From: Balanoglossus misakiensis
Taxonomy: Eukaryota; Animalia; Hemichordata
Assembly (NCBI GenBank): GCA_040954595.2
Contig: CM082585.2
Location: forward strand, 3,626,902-3,690,901
Length of the DNA stretch: 64,000 nucleotides
Direction: 5' to 3'
The notes below the pieces were generated by a model. It was given only the letters and a program-made list of their open reading frames with translations. It did not search any database and had not been told where the DNA came from. Numbering within the stretch: the stretch's first letter is position 1; each line of letters starts with the position of its first letter. Below are positions 12,701 to 27,700 of this stretch, piece by piece. A program made the translations under genes and the position numbers.

Positions 12701-15700
12701 AAAGGGAACTCGTGGTGTCGTTCATTAAATAGGCGTGGTATATAACGCATAGGGATAGGAGAAGGGCGGGCGGAAAGCGGTCGTGTGTCTGAGCTTCCCC
12801 GGCGAGACCTCGCACAAATCCCCGACGAGTTAGAAAGGGAACTCGCTGTGTCGTTCATTAAGCAGGCGTGGTATATAACGCATAGGGATAGGAGAATGGC
12901 GGAAAGCGGTCGTGTGTCTGAGCTTCCCCGGCGAGACCTCGCACAAATCCCCGACAAGTTAGAAAGGGAACTCGTGGTGTCGTTCATTAAACAGGCGTGG
13001 TATATAACGCTTAGGGATAGGAGAAGGGCGGGCGGAAAGCGGTCGTGTGTCTGAGCTTCTCCGGCGAGACCTCGCACAAATCCCCGACGAGTTAGAAAGG
13101 GAACTCGTGGTGTCGTTCATTAAGCAGGCGTGGTATATAACGCATATGGATAGGAGAATGGTGGAAAGCGGTCGTGTGTCTGAGCTTCCCCGGCGAGACC
13201 TCGCACAAATCCCCGACAAGTTAGAAAGGGAACTCGCAGTGTCGTTCATTAAGCAGGCGTGGAATATAAGGCATAGGGATAGGAGAAGGGTGGGCGGAAA
13301 CGGTCGTGTGTCTGAGCTTCTCCGGCGAGACCTCGCACAAATCCCCGCCGAGTTAGAAAGGGAACTCGCGGTGTCGTTCATTAATCAGGCGTGGTATATA
13401 ACGCATAGGGATAGGAGAAGGGCGGGCGGAAAGCGGTCGTGTGTCTGAGCTTCTCCGGCGAGACCTCGCACAAATCCCCGGCGAGTTAGAAAGGGAACTC
13501 GCAGTGTCGTTCATTAAGCAGGCGTGGTATATAACGCATAGGGATAGGAGAAGGGCGGGCGGAAAGCGGTCGTGTGTCTGAGCTTCTCCGGCGAGACCTC
13601 GCACAATTCCCCGACGAGATAGAAAGGGAACTCGCGGTGTCGTTCATTAAGCAGGCGTGGTATATAACGCATAGGGATAGGAGAAGGGCGGGCGGAAAGC
13701 CGTCGTGTGTCTGAGCTTCTCCGGCGAGACCTCGCACAAATCCCCGCCGAGTTAGAAAGGGAACTCGCGGTGTCGTTCATTAAGCAGGCGTGGTATATAA
13801 CGCATAGGGATAGGAGAAGGGCGGGCGGAAAGCGGTCGTGTGTCTGAGCTTCTCCGGCGAGACCTCGCACAAATCCCCGGCGAGTTAGAAAGGGAACTCG
13901 CAGTGTCGTTCATTAAGCAGGCGTGGTATATAACGCATAGGGATAGGAGAAGGGCGGGCGGAGAGCGGTCGTGTGTCTGAGCTTCTCCGGCGAGACCTCG
14001 CACAAATCCCCGACGAGTTAGAAAGGGAACTCTTGGTGTCGTTCATTAAACAGGCGTGGTATATAACGCATAGGGATAGGAGAAGGGCGGGCGGAAAGCG
14101 GTCGTGTGTCTGAGCTTCTCCGGCGAGACCTCGCACAAATCCCCGACGAGTTAGAAAGGGAACTCGTGGTGTCGTTCATTAAACAGGCGTGGTATATAAC
14201 GCATAGGGATAGAAGAAGGGCGGGCGGAAAGCGGTCGTGTGTCTGAGCTTCTCCGGCGAGACCTCGCACAAATCCCCGACGAGTTAGAAAAGGAACTCGT
14301 GGTGTCGTTCATTAAACAGGCGTGGTATATAACGCATAGGGATAGGAGAAGGGCGGGCGGAAAGCGGTCGTGTGTCTGAGCTACCCCGGCGAGACCTCGC
14401 ACAAATCCCCGCCGAGTTAGAAAGGGAACTCGCGGTGTCGTTCATCAAGCAGGCGTGGTATATAACGCATAGGGATAGGAGAAGGGCGGGCGGAAAGCGG
14501 TCGTGTGTCTGAGCTTCTCCGGCGAGACCTCGCACAAATCCCCGACGAGTTAGAAAGGGAACTCGCGGTGTCGTTCATTAAATAGGCGTGGTATATAACG
14601 CATAGGGATAGGAGAAGGGCGGGCGGAAAGCGGTCGTGTGTCTGAGCTTCCCCGGCGAGACCTCGCACAAATCCCCGACGAGTTAGAAAGGGAACTCGCT
14701 GTGTCGTTCATTAAGCAGGCGTGGTATATAACGCATAGGGATAGGAGAATGGCGGAAAGCGGTCGTGTGTCTGAGCTTCCCCGGCGAGACCTCGCACAAA
14801 TCCCCGACAAGTTAGAAAGGGAACTCGTGGTGTCGTTCATTAAACAGGCGTGGTATATAACGCTTAGGGATAGGAGAAGGGCGGGCGGAAAGCGGTCGTG
14901 TGTCTGAGCTTCTCCGGCGAGACCTCGCACAAATCCCCGACGAGTTAGAAAGGGAACTCGTGGTGTCGTTCATTAAACAGGCGTGGTATATAACGCATAG
15001 GGATAGGAGAAGGGCGGGCGGAAAGCGGTCGTGTGTCTGAGCTTCTCCGGCGAGACCTCGCACAAATCCCCGGCGAGTTAGAAAGGGAACTCGCAGTGTC
15101 GTTCATTAAGCAGGCGTGGTATATAACGCATAGGGATAGGAGAAGGGCGGGCGGAGAGCGGTCGTGTGTCTGAGCTTCTCCGGCGAGACCTCGCACAAAT
15201 CCCCGACGAGTTAGAAAGGGAACTCTTGGTGTCGTTCATTAAACAGGCGTGGTATATAACGCATAGGGATAGGAGAAGGGCGGGCGGAAAGCGGTCGTGT
15301 GTCTGAGCTTCTCCGGCGAGACCTCGCACAAATCCCCGACGAGTTAGAAAGGGAACTCGTGGTGTCGTTCATTAAACAGGCGTGGTATATAACGCATAGG
15401 GATAGAAGAAGGGCGGGCGGAAAGCGGTCGTGTGTCTGAGCTTCTCCGGCGAGACCTCGCACAAATCCCCGACGAGTTAGAAAGGGAACTCGTGGTGTCG
15501 TTCATTAAACAGGCGTGGTATATAACGCATAGGGATAGGAGAAGGGCGGGCGGAAAGCGGTCGTGTGTCTGAGCTACCCCGGCGAGACCTCGCACAAATC
15601 CCCGCCGAGTTAGAAAGGGAACTCGCGGTGTCGTTCATCAAGCAGGCGTGGTATATAACGCATAGGGATAGGAGAAGGGCGGGCGGAAAGCGGTCGTGTG

Positions 15701-18700
15701 TCTGAGCTTCTCCGGCGAGACCTCGCACAAATCCCCGACGAGTTAGAAAGGGAACTCGTGGTGTCGTTCATTAAATAGGCGTGGTATATAACGCATAGGG
15801 ATAGGAGAAGGGCGGGCGGAAAGCGGTCGTGTGTCTGAGCTTCCCCGGCGAGACCTCGCACAAATCCCCGACGAGTTAGAAAGGGAACTCGCTGTGTCGT
15901 TCATTAAGCAGGCGTGGTATATAACGCATAGGGATAGGAGAATGGCGGAAAGCGGTCGTGTGTCTGAGCTTCCCCGGCGAGACCTCGCACAAATCCCCGA
16001 CAAGTTAGAAAGGGAACTCGTGGTGTCGTTCATTAAACAGGCGTGGTATATAACGCTTAGGGATAGGAGAAGGGCGGGCGGAAAGCGGTCGTGTGTCTGA
16101 GCTACCCCGGCGAGACCTCGCACAAATCCCCGCCGAGTTAGAAAGGGAACTCGCGGTGTCGTTCATCAAGCAGGCGTGGTATATAACGCATAGGGATAGG
16201 AGAAGGGCGGGCTGAAAGCGGTCGTGTGTCTGAGCTTCTCCGGCGAGACCTCGCACAAATCCCCGACGAGTTAGAAAGGGAACTCGTGGTGTCGTTCATT
16301 AAATAGGCGTGGTATATAACGCATAGGGATAGGAGAAGGGCGGGCGGAAAGCGGTCGTGTGTCTGAGCTTCCCCGGCGAGACCTCGCAACAATCCCCGAC
16401 GAGTTAGAAAGGGAACTCGCTGTGTCGTTCATTAAGCAGGCGTGGTATATAACGCATAGGGATAGGAGAATGGCGGAAAGCGGTCGTGTGTCTGAGCTTC
16501 CCCGGCGAGACCTCGCACAAATCCCCGACAAGTTAGAAAGGGAACTCGTGGTGTCGTTCATTAAACAGGCGTGGTATATAACGCTTAGGGATAGGAGAAG
16601 GGCGGGCGGAAAGCGGTCGTGTGTCTGAGCTTCTCCGGCGAGACCTCGCACAAATCCCCGACGAGTTAGAAAGGGAACTCGCGGTGTCGTTCATTAAGCA
16701 GGCGTGGTATATAACGCATAGGGATAGGAGAAGGGCGGGCGGAAAGCGGTCGTGTGTCTGAGCTTCTCCGGCGAGACCTCGCACAATTCCCCGACGAGAT
16801 AGAAAGGGAACTCGCGGTGTCGTTCATTAAGCAGGCGTGGTATATAACGCATAGGGATAGGAGAGGGGCGGGCGGAAAGCCGTCGTGTGTCTGAGCTTCT
16901 CCGGCGAGACCTCGCACAAATCCCCGCCGAGTTAGAAAGGGAACTCGCGGTGTCGTTCATTAAGCAGGCGTGGTATATAACGCATAGGGATAGGAGAAGG
17001 GCGGGCGGAAAGCGGTCGTGTGTCTGAGCTTCTCCGGCGAGACCTCGCACAAATCCCCGGCGAGTTAGAAAGGGAACTCGCAGTGTCGTTCATTAAGCAG
17101 GCGTGGTATATAACGCATAGGGATAGGAGAAGGGCGGGCGGAGAGCGGTCGTGTGTCTGAGCTTCTCCGGCGAGACCTCGCACAAATCCCCGACGAGTTA
17201 GAAAGGGAACTCGTGGTGTCGTTCATTAAACAGGCGTGGTATATAACGCATAGCATATAGGGATAGGAGAAGGGCGGGCGGAAAGCGGTCGTGTGTCTGA
17301 GCTTCCCCGGCGAGACCTCGCACAAATCCCCGACGAGTTAGAAAGGGAACTCGCTGTGTCGTTCATTAAGCAGGCGTGGTATATAACGCATAGGGATAGG
17401 AGAATGGCGGAAAGCGGTCGTGTGTCTGAGCTTCCCCGGCGAGACCTCGCACAAATCCCCGACAAGTTAGAAAGGGAACTCGTGGTGTCGTTCATTAAAC
17501 AGGCGTGGTATATAACGCTTAGGGATAGGAGTAGGGCGGGCGGAAAGCGGTCGTGTGTCTGAGCTTCTCCGGCGAGACCTCGCACAAATCCCCGACGAGT
17601 TAGAAAGGGAACTCGTGGTGTCATTCATTAAACAGGCGTGGTATATAACGCATAGGGATAGGAGAAGGGCGGGCGGAAAGCGGTCGTGTGTCTGAGCTAC
17701 CCCGGCGAGACCTCGCACAAATCACGCCGAGTTAGAAAGGGAACTCGTGGTGTCTTTCATTAAACAGGCGTGGTATATAACGCATAGGGATAGGAGAAGG
17801 GCGGGCGGAAAGCGGTCGTGTGTCTGAGCTTCTCCGGCGAGACCTCGCACAAATCCCCGCCGAGTTAGAAAGGGAACTCGCGGTGTCGTTCATTAAGCAG
17901 GCGTGGTATATAACGCATAGGGATAGGAGAAGGGCGGGCGGAAAGCGGTCGTGTGTCTGAGCTACCCCGGCGAGACCTCGCACAAATCCCCGCCGAGTTA
18001 GAAAGGGAACTCACGGTGTCGTTCATCAAGCAGGCGTGGTATATAACGCATAGGGATAGGAGAAGGGCGGGCGGAAAGCGGTCGTGTGTCTGAGCTTCTC
18101 CGGCGAGACCTCGCACAAATCCCCGCCGAGTTAGAAAGGGAACTCGCGGTGTCGTTCATTAAGCAGGCGTGGTATATAACGCATAGGGATAGGAGAAGGG
18201 CGGGCGGAAAGCGGTCGTGTGTCTGAGCTACCCCGGCGAGACCTCGCACAAATCCCCGCCGAGTTAGAAAGGGAACTCGCGGTGTCGTTCATCAAGCAGG
18301 CGTGGTATATAACGCATAGGGATAGGAGAAGGGCGGGCGGAAAGCGGTCGTGTGTCTGAGCTTCTCCGGCGAGACCTCGCACAAATCCCCGGCGAGTTAG
18401 AAAGGGAACTCGCGGTGTCGTTCATTAAGCAGGCGTGGTATATAACGCATAGGGATAGGAGAAGGGCGGGCGGAAAGCGGTCGTGTGTCTGAGCTTCTCC
18501 GGCGAGACCTCGCACAAATCCCCGACGAGTTAGAAAGGGAACTCGTGGTGTCGTTCATTAAACAGGCGTGGTATATAACGCATAGGGATAGGAGAAGGGC
18601 GGGCGGAAAGCGGTCGTGTGTCTGAGCTTCTCCGGCGAGACCTCGCACAAATCCCCGCCGAGTTAGAAAGGGAACTCGCGGTGTCGTTCATTAAGCAGGC

Positions 18701-21700
18701 GTGGTATATAACGCATAGGGATAGGAGAAGGGCGGGCGGAAAGCGGTCGTGTGTCTGAGCTACCCCGGCGAGACCTCGCACAAATCCCCGCCGAGTTAGA
18801 AAGGGAACTCACGGTGTCGTTCATCAAGCAGGCGTGGTATATAACGCATAGGGATAGGAGAAGGGCGGGCGGAAAGCGGTCGTGTGTCTGAGCTTCTCCG
18901 GCGAGACCTCGCACAAATCCCCGCCGAGTTAGAAAGGGAACTCGCGGTGTCGTTCATTAAGCAGGCGTGGTATATAACGCATAGGGATAGGAGAAGGGCG
19001 GGCGGAAAGCGGTCGTGTGTCTGAGCTACCCCGGCGAGACCTCGCACAAATCCCCGCCGAGTTAGAAAGGGAACTCGCGGTGTCGTTCATCAAGCAGGCG
19101 TGGTATATAACGCATAGGGATAGGAGAAGGGCGGGCGGAAAGCGGTCGTGTGTCTGAGCTTCTCCGGCGAAACCTCGCACAAATCCCCGACGAGTTAGAA
19201 AGGGAACTCGTGGTGTCGTTCATTAAACAGGCGTGGTATATAACGCATAGGGATAGGAGAAGGGCGGGCGGAAAGCGGTCGTGTGTCTGAGCTTCCCCGG
19301 CGAGACCTCGCACAAATCCCCGACGAGTTAGAAAGGGAACTCGAGGTGTCGTTCATTAAGCAGGCGTGGTATATAACGCATATGGATAGGAGAATGGCGG
19401 AAAGCGGTCGTGTGTCTGAGCTTCCTCGGCGAGACCTCGCACAAATCCCCGACAAGTTAGAAAGGGAACTCGCAGTGTCGTTCATTAAGCAGGCGTGGAA
19501 TATAACGCATAGGGATAGGAGAAGGGCGGGCGGAAACGGTCGTGTGTCTGAGCTTCTCCGGCGAGACCTCGCACAAATCCCCGGCGAGTTATAAAGGGAA
19601 CTCGCAGTGTCGTTCATTAAGCAGGCGTGGTATATAACGCATAGGGATAGGAGAAGGGCGGGCGGAAAGCGGTCGTGTGTCTGAGCTTCTCCGGCGAGAC
19701 CTCGCACAAATCCCCGCCGAGTTAGAAAGGGAACTCGCGGTGTCGTTCATTAAGCAGGCGTGGTATATAACGCATAGGGATAGGAGAAGGGCGGGCGGAA
19801 AGCGGTCGTGTGTCTGAGCTTCTCCGGCGAGACCTCGCACAAATCCCCGGCGAGTTAGAAAGGGAACTCGCGGTGTCGTTCATTAAGCAGGCGTGGTATA
19901 TAACGCATAGGGATAGGAGAAGGGCGGGCGGAAAGCGGTCGTGTGTCTGAGCTTCTCCGGCGAGACCTCGCACAAATCCCCGGCGAGTTAGAAAGGGAAC
20001 TCGCAGTGTCGTTCATTAAGCAGGCGTGTTATATAACGCATAGGGATAGGAGAAGGGCGGGCGGAAAGCGGTCGTGTGTCTGAGCTTCTCCGGCGAGACC
20101 TCGCACAAATCCCCGACGAGTTAGAAAGGGAACTCGTGGTGTCGTTCATTAAACAGGCGTGGTATATAACGCATAGGGATAGGAGAAGGCGGGCGGAAAG
20201 CGGTCGTGTGTCTGAGCTTCTCCGGCGAGACCTCGCACAAATCCCCGACGAGTTAGAAAGGGAACTCGTGGTGTCGTTCATTAAACAGGCGTGGTATATA
20301 ACGCATAGGGATAGGAGAAGGGCGGGCGGAAAGCGGTCGTGTGTCTGAGCTACCCCGGCGAGACCTCGCACAAATCACGCCGAGTTAGAAAGGGAACTCG
20401 TGGTGTCGTTCATTAAACAGGCGTGGTATATAACGCATAGGGATAGGAGAAGGGCGGGCGGAAAGCGGTCGTGTGTCTGAGCTTCTCCGGCGAGACCTCG
20501 CACAAATCCCCGCCGAGTTAGAAAGGGAACTCGCGGTGTCGTTCATTAAGCAGGCGTGGTATATAACGCATAGGGATAGGAGAAGGGCGGGCGGAAAGCG
20601 GTCGTGTGTCTGAGCTTCTCCGGCGAGACCTCGCACAAATCCCCGCCGAGTTAGAAAGGGAACTCGCGGTGTCGTTCATTAAGCAGGCGTGGTATATAAC
20701 GCATAGGGATAGGAGAAGGGCGGGCGGAAAGCGGTCGTGTGTCTGAGCTACACCGGCGAGACCTCGCACAAATCCCCGCCGAGTTAGAAAGGGAACTCGC
20801 GGTGTCGTTCATCAAGCAGGCGTGGTATATAACGCATAGGGATAGGAGAAGGGCGGGCGGAAAGCGGTCGTGTGTCTGAGCTTCTCCGGCGAGACCTCGC
20901 ACAAATCCCAGACGAGTTAGAAAGGGAACTCGTGGTGTCGTTCATTAAGCAGGCGTGGTATATAACGCATAGGGATAGGAGAAGGGCGGGCGGAAAGCGG
21001 TCGTGTGTCTGAGCTACCCCGGCGAGACCTCGCACAAATCCCCGCCGAGTTAGAAAGGGAACTCGCGGTGTCGTTCATCAAGCAGGCCTGGTATATAACG
21101 CATAGGGATAGGAGAAGGGCGGGTGGAAAGCGGTCGTGTGTCTGAGCTTCTCCGGCGAGACCTCGCACAAATCCCAGACGAGTTAGAAAGGGAACTCGTG
21201 GTGTCGTTCATTAAGCAGGCGTGGTATATAACGCATAGGGATAGGAGAAGGGCGGGCGGAAAGCGGTCGTGTGTCTGAGCTACCCCGGCGAGACCTCGCA
21301 CAAATCCCCGCCGAGTAAGAAAGGGAACTCGCGGTGTCGTTCATCAAGCAGGCGTGGTATATAACGCATTGGGATAGGAGAAGGGCGGGCGGAAAGCGGT
21401 CGTGTGTCTGAGCTTCTCCGGCGAGACCTCGCACAAATCCCCGACGAGTTAGAAAGGGAACTCGTGGTGTCGTTCATTAAACAGGCGTGGTATATAACGC
21501 ATAGGGATAGGAGAAGGGCGGGCGGAAAGCGGTCGTGTGTCTGAGCTTCCCCGGCGAGACCTCGCACAAATCCCCGACGAGTTAGAAAGGGAACTCGCTG
21601 TGTCGTTCATTAAGCAGGCGTGGTATATAACGCATAGGGATAGGAGAATGGCGGAAAGCGGTCGTGTGTCTGAGCTTCCCCGGCGAGACCTCGCACAAAT

Positions 21701-24700
21701 CCCCGACAAGTTAGAAAGGGAACTCGTGGTGTCGTTCATTAAACAGGCGTGGTATATAACGCATAGGGATAGGAGAAGGGCGGGCGGAAAGCGGTCGTGT
21801 GTCTGAGCTACCCCGGCGAGACCTCGCACAAATCACGCCGAGTTAGAAAGGGAACTCGTGGTGTCTTTCATTAAACAGGCGTGGTATATAACGCATAGGG
21901 ATAGGAGAAGGGCGGGCGGAAAGCGGTCGTGTGTCTGAGCTTCTCCGGCGAGACCTCGCACAAATCCCCGCCGAGTTAGAAAGGGAACTCGCGGTGTCGT
22001 TCATTAAGCAGGCGTGGTATATAACGCATAGGGATAGAAGAAGGGCGGGCGGAAAGCGGTCGTGTGTCTGAGCTTCTCCGGCGAGACCTCGCACAAATCC
22101 CCGACGAGTTAGAAAGGGAACTCGTGGTGTCGTTCATTAAACAGGCGTGGTATATAACGCATAGGGATAGGAGAAGGGCGGGCGGAAAGCGGTCGTGTGT
22201 CTGAGCTTCTCCGGCGAGACCTCGCACAAATCCCCGCCGAGTTAGAAAGGGAACTCGCGGTGTCGTTCATTAATCAGGCGTGGTATATAACGCATAGGGA
22301 TAGGAGAAGGGCGGGCGGAAAGCGGTCGTGTGTCTGAGCTTATCCGGCGAGACCTCGCACAAATCCCCGGCGAGTTAGAAAGGGAACTCGCAGTGTCGTT
22401 CATTAAGCAGGCGTGGTATATAACGCATAGGGATAGGAGAAGGGCGGGCGGAAAGCGGTCGTGTGTCTGAGCTACCCCGGCGAGACCTCGCACAAATCCC
22501 CGCCGAGTTAGAAAGGGAACTCGCGGTGTCGTTCATCAAGCAGGCGTGGTATATAACGCATTGGGATAGGAGAAGGGCGGGCGGAAAGCGGTCGTGTGTC
22601 TGAGCTTCTCCGGCGAGACCTCGCACAAATCCCCGACGAGTTAGAAAGGGAACTCGTGGTGTCGTTCATTAAACAGGCGTGGTATATAACGCATAGGGAT
22701 AGGAGAAGGGCGGGCGGAAAGCGGTCGTGTGACTGAGCTTCCCCGGCGAGACCTCGCACAAATCCCCGACGAGTTAGAAAGGGAACTCGCTGTGTCGTTC
22801 ATTAAGCAGGCGTGGTATATAACGCATAGGGATAGGAGAATGGCGGAAAGCGGTCGTGTGTCTGAGCTTCCCCGGCGAGACCTCGCACAAATCCCCGACA
22901 AGTTAGAAAGGGAACTCGTGGTGTCGTTCATTAAACAGGCGTGGTATATAACGCAAAGGGATAGGAGAAGGGCGGGCGGAAAGCGGTCGTGTGTCTGAGC
23001 TACCCCGGCGAGACCTCGCACAAATCACGCCGAGTTAGAAAGGGAACTCGTGGTGTCTTTCATTAAACAGGCGTGGTATATAACGCATAGGGATAGGAGA
23101 AGGGCGGGCGGAAAGCGGTCGTGTGTCTGAGCTTCTCCGGCGAGACCTCGCACAAATCCCCGCCGAGTTAGAAAGGGAACTCGCGGTGTCGTTCATTAAG
23201 CAGGCGTGGTATATAACGCATAGGGATAGGAGAAGGGCGGGCGGAAAGCGGTCGTGTGTCTGAGCTTCTCCGGCGAGACCTCGCACAAATCCCCGACGAG
23301 TTAGAAAGGGAACTCGTGGTGTCGTTCATTAAACAGGCGTGGTATATAACGCATAGGGATAGGAGAAGGGCGGGCGGAAAGCGGTCGTGTGTCTGAGCTT
23401 CCCCGGCGAGACCTCGCACAAATCCCCGACGAGTTAGAAAGGGAACTCGAGGTGTCGTTCATTAAGCAGGCGTGGTGTATAACGCATATGGATAGGAGAA
23501 TGGTGGAAAGCGGTCGTGTGTCTGAGCTTCCCCGGCGAGACCTCGCACAAATCCCCGACAAGTTAGAAAGGGAACTCGCAGTGTCGTTCATTAAGCAGGC
23601 GTGGAATATAAGGCATAGGGATAGGAGAAGGGTGGGCGGAAACGGTCGTGTGTCTGAGCTTCTCCGGCGAGACCTCGCACAAATCCCCGCCGAGTTAGAA
23701 AGGGAACTCGCGGTGTCGTTCATTAATCAGGCGTGGTATATAACGCATAGGGATAGGAGAAGGGCGGGCGGAAAGCGGTCGTGTGTCTGAGTTTCTCCGG
23801 CGAGACCTCGCACAAATCCCCGGCGAGTTAGAAAGGGAATTCGCAGTGTCGTTCATTAAGCAGGCGTGGTATATAACGCATAGGGATAGGAGAAGGGCGG
23901 GCGGAAAGCGGTCGTGTGTCTGAGCTTCTCCGGCGAGACCTCGCACAATTCCCCGACGAGATAGAAAGGGAACTCGCGGTGTCGTTCATTAAGCAGGCGT
24001 GGTATATAACGCATAGGGATAGGAGAAGGGCGGGCGGAAAGCCGTCGTGTGTCTGAGCTTCTCCGGCGAGACCTCGCACAAATCCCCGCCGAGTTAGAAA
24101 GGGAACTCGCGGTGTCGTTCATTAAGCAGGCGTGGTATATAACGCATAGGGATAGGAGAAGGGCGGGCGGAAAGCGGTCGTGTGTCTGAGCTTCTCCGGC
24201 GAGACCTCGCACAAATCCCCGGCGAGTTAGAAAGGGAACTCGCAGTGTCGTTCATTAAGCAGGCGTGGTATATAACGCATAGGGATAGGAGAAGGGCGGG
24301 CGGAAAGCGGTCGTGTGTCTGAGCTTCTCCGGCGAGACCTCGCACAAATCCCCGACGAGTTAGAAAGGGAACTCTTGGTGTCGTTCATCAAGCAGGCGTG
24401 GTATATAACGCATTGGGATAGGAGAAGGGCGGGCGGAAAGCGGTCGTGTGTCTGAGCTTCTCCGGCGAGACCTCGCACAAATCCCCGACGAGTTAGAAAG
24501 GGAACTCGTGGTGTCGTTCATTAAACAGGCGTGGTATATAACGCATAGGGATAGGAGAAGGGCGGGCGGAAAGCGGTCGTGTGTCTGAGCTTCCCCGGCG
24601 AGACCTCGCACAAATCCCCGACGAGTTAGAAAGGGAACTCGTGGTGTCGTTCATTTAACAGGCGTGGTATATAACGCATAGGGATAGGAGAAGGGCGGGC

Positions 24701-27700
24701 GGAAAGCGGTCGTGTGTCTGAGCTACCCCGGCGAGACCTCGCACAAATCCCCGCCGAGTTAGAAAGGGAACTCGCGGTGTCGTTCATCAAGCAGGCGTGG
24801 TATATAACGCATAAGGATAGGAGAAGGGCGGGCGGAAAGCGGTCGTGTGTCTGAGCTTCTCCGGCGAGACCTCGCACAAATCCCCGACGAGTTAGAAAGG
24901 GAACTCGTGGTGTCGTTCATTAAATAGGCGTGGTATATAACGCATAGGGATAGGAGAAGGGCGGGCGGAAAGCGGTCGTGTGTCTGAGCTTCCCCGGCGA
25001 GACCTCGCACAAATCCCCGACGAGTTAGAAAGGGAACTCGCTGTGTCGTTCATTAAGCAGGCGTGGTATATAACGCATAGGGATAGGAGAATGGCGGAAA
25101 GCGGTCGTGTGTCTGAGCTTCCCCGGCGAGACCTCGCACAAATCCCCGACAAGTTAGAAAGGGAACTCGTGGTGTCGTTCATTAAACAGGCGTGGTATAT
25201 AACGCTTAGGGATAGGAGAAGGGCGGGCGGAAAGCGGTCGTGTGTCTGAGCTTCTCCGGCGAGACCTCGCACAAATCCCCGACGAGTTAGAAAGGGAACT
25301 CGTGGTGTCGTTCATTAAGCAGGCGTGGTATATAACGCATATGGATAGGAGAATGGTGGAAAGCGGTCGTGTGTCTGAGCTTCCCCGGCGAGACCTCGCA
25401 CAAATCCCCGACAAGTTAGAAAGGGAACTCGCAGTGTCGTTCATTAAGCAGGCGTGGAATATAAGGCATAGGGATAGGAGAAGGGTGGGCGGAAACGGTC
25501 GTGTGTCTGAGCTTCTCCGGCGAGACCTCGCACAAATCCCCGCCGAGTTAGAAAGGGAACTCGCGGTGTCGTTCATTAATCAGGCGTGGTATATAACGCA
25601 TAGGGATAGGAGAAGGGCGGGCGGAAAGCGGTCGTGTGTCTGAGCTTCTCCGGCGAGACCTCGCACAAATCCCCGGCGAGTTAGAAAGGGAACTCGCAGT
25701 GTCGTTCATTAAGCAGGCGTGGTATATAACGCATAGGGATAGGAGAAGGGCGGGCGGAAAGCGGTCGTGTGTCTGAGCTTCTCCGGCGAGACCTCGCACA
25801 ATTCCCCGACGAGATAGAAAGGGAACTCGCGGTGTCGTTCATTAAGCAGGCGTGGTATATAACGCATAGGGATAGGAGAAGGGCGGGCGGAAAGCCGTCG
25901 TGTGTCTGAGCTTCTCCGGCGAGACCTCGCACAAATCCCCGCCGAGTTAGAAAGGGAACTCGCGGTGTCGTTCATTAAGCAGGCGTGGTATATAACGCAT
26001 AGGGATAGGAGAAGGGCGGGCGGAAAGCGGTCGTGTGTCTGAGCTTCTCCGGCGAGACCTCGCACAAATCCCCGGCGAGTTAGAAAGGGAACTCGCAGTG
26101 TCGTTCATTAAGCAGGCGTGGTATATAACGCATAGGGATAGGAGAAGGGCGGGCGGAGAGCGGTCGTGTGTCTGAGCTTCTCCGGCGAGACCTCGCACAA
26201 ATCCCCGACGAGTTAGAAAGGGAACTCTTGGTGTCGTTCATTAAACAGGCGTGGTATATAACGCATAGGGATAGGAGAAGGGCGGGCGGAAAGCGGTCGT
26301 GTGTCTGAGCTTCTCCGGCGAGACCTCGCACAAATCCCCGACGAGTTAGAAAGGGAACTCGTGGTGTCGTTCATTAAACAGGCGTGGTATATAACGCATA
26401 GGGATAGAAGAAGGGCGGGCGGAAAGCGGTCGTGTGTCTGAGCTTCTCCGGCGAGACCTCGCACAAATCCCCGACGAGTTAGAAAGGGAACTCGTGGTGT
26501 CGTTCATTAAACAGGCGTGGTATATAACGCATAGGGATAGGAGAAGGGCGGGCGGAAAGCGGTCGTGTGTCTGAGCTTCCCCGGCGAGACCTCGCACAAA
26601 TCCCCGCCGAGTTACAAAAGGGAACTCGCGGTGTCGTTCATCAAGCAGGCGTGGTATATAACGCATAGGGATAGGAGAAGGGCGGGCGGAAAGCGGTCGT
26701 GTGTCTGAGCTTCTCCGGCGAGACCTCGCACAAATCCCCGACGAGTTAGAAAGGGAACTCGTGGTGTCGTTCATTAAATAGGCGTGGTATATAACGCATA
26801 GGGATAGGAGAAGGGCGGGCGGAAAGCGGTCGTGTGTCTGAGCTTCCCCGGCGAGACCTCGCACAAATCCCCGACGAGTTAGAAAGGGAACTCGCTGTGT
26901 CGTTCATTAAGCAGGCGTGGTATATAACGCATAGGGATAGGAGAATGGCGGAAAGCGGTCGTGTGTCTGAGCTTCCCCGGCGAGACCTCGCACAAATCCC
27001 CGACAAGTTAGAAAGGGAACTCGTGGTGTCGTTCATTAAACAGGCGTGGTATATAACGCTTAGGGATAGGAGAAGGGCGGGCGGAAAGCGGTCGTGTGTC
27101 TGAGCTTCTCCGGCGAGACCTCGCACAAATCCCCGACGAGTTAGAAAGGGAACTCGTGGTGTCGTTCATTAAACAGGCGTGGTATATAACGCATAGGGAT
27201 AGGAGAAGGGCGGGCGGAAAGCGGTCGTGTGTCTGAGCTTCTCCTGCGAGACCTCGCACAAATCCCCGGCGAGTTAGAAAGGGAACTCGCAGTGTCGTTC
27301 ATTAAGCAGGCGTGGTATATAACGCATAGGGATAGGAGAAGGGCGGGCGGAGAGCGGTCGTGTGTCTGAGCTTCTCCGGCGAGACCTCGCACAAATCCCC
27401 GACGAGTTAGAAAGGGAACTCTTGGTGTCGTTCATTAAACAGGCGTGGTATATAACGCATAGGGATAGGAGAAGGGCGGGCGGAAAGCGGTCGTGTGTCT
27501 GAGCTTCTCCGGCGAGACCTCGCACAAATCCCCGACGAGTTAGAAAGGGAACTCGTGGTGTCGTTCATTAAACAGGCGTGGTATATAACGCATAGGGATA
27601 GAAGAAGGGCGGGCGGAAAGCGGTCGTGTGTCTGAGCTTCTCCGGCGAGACCTCGCACAAATCCCCGACGAGTTAGAAAGGGAACTCGTGGTGTCGTTCA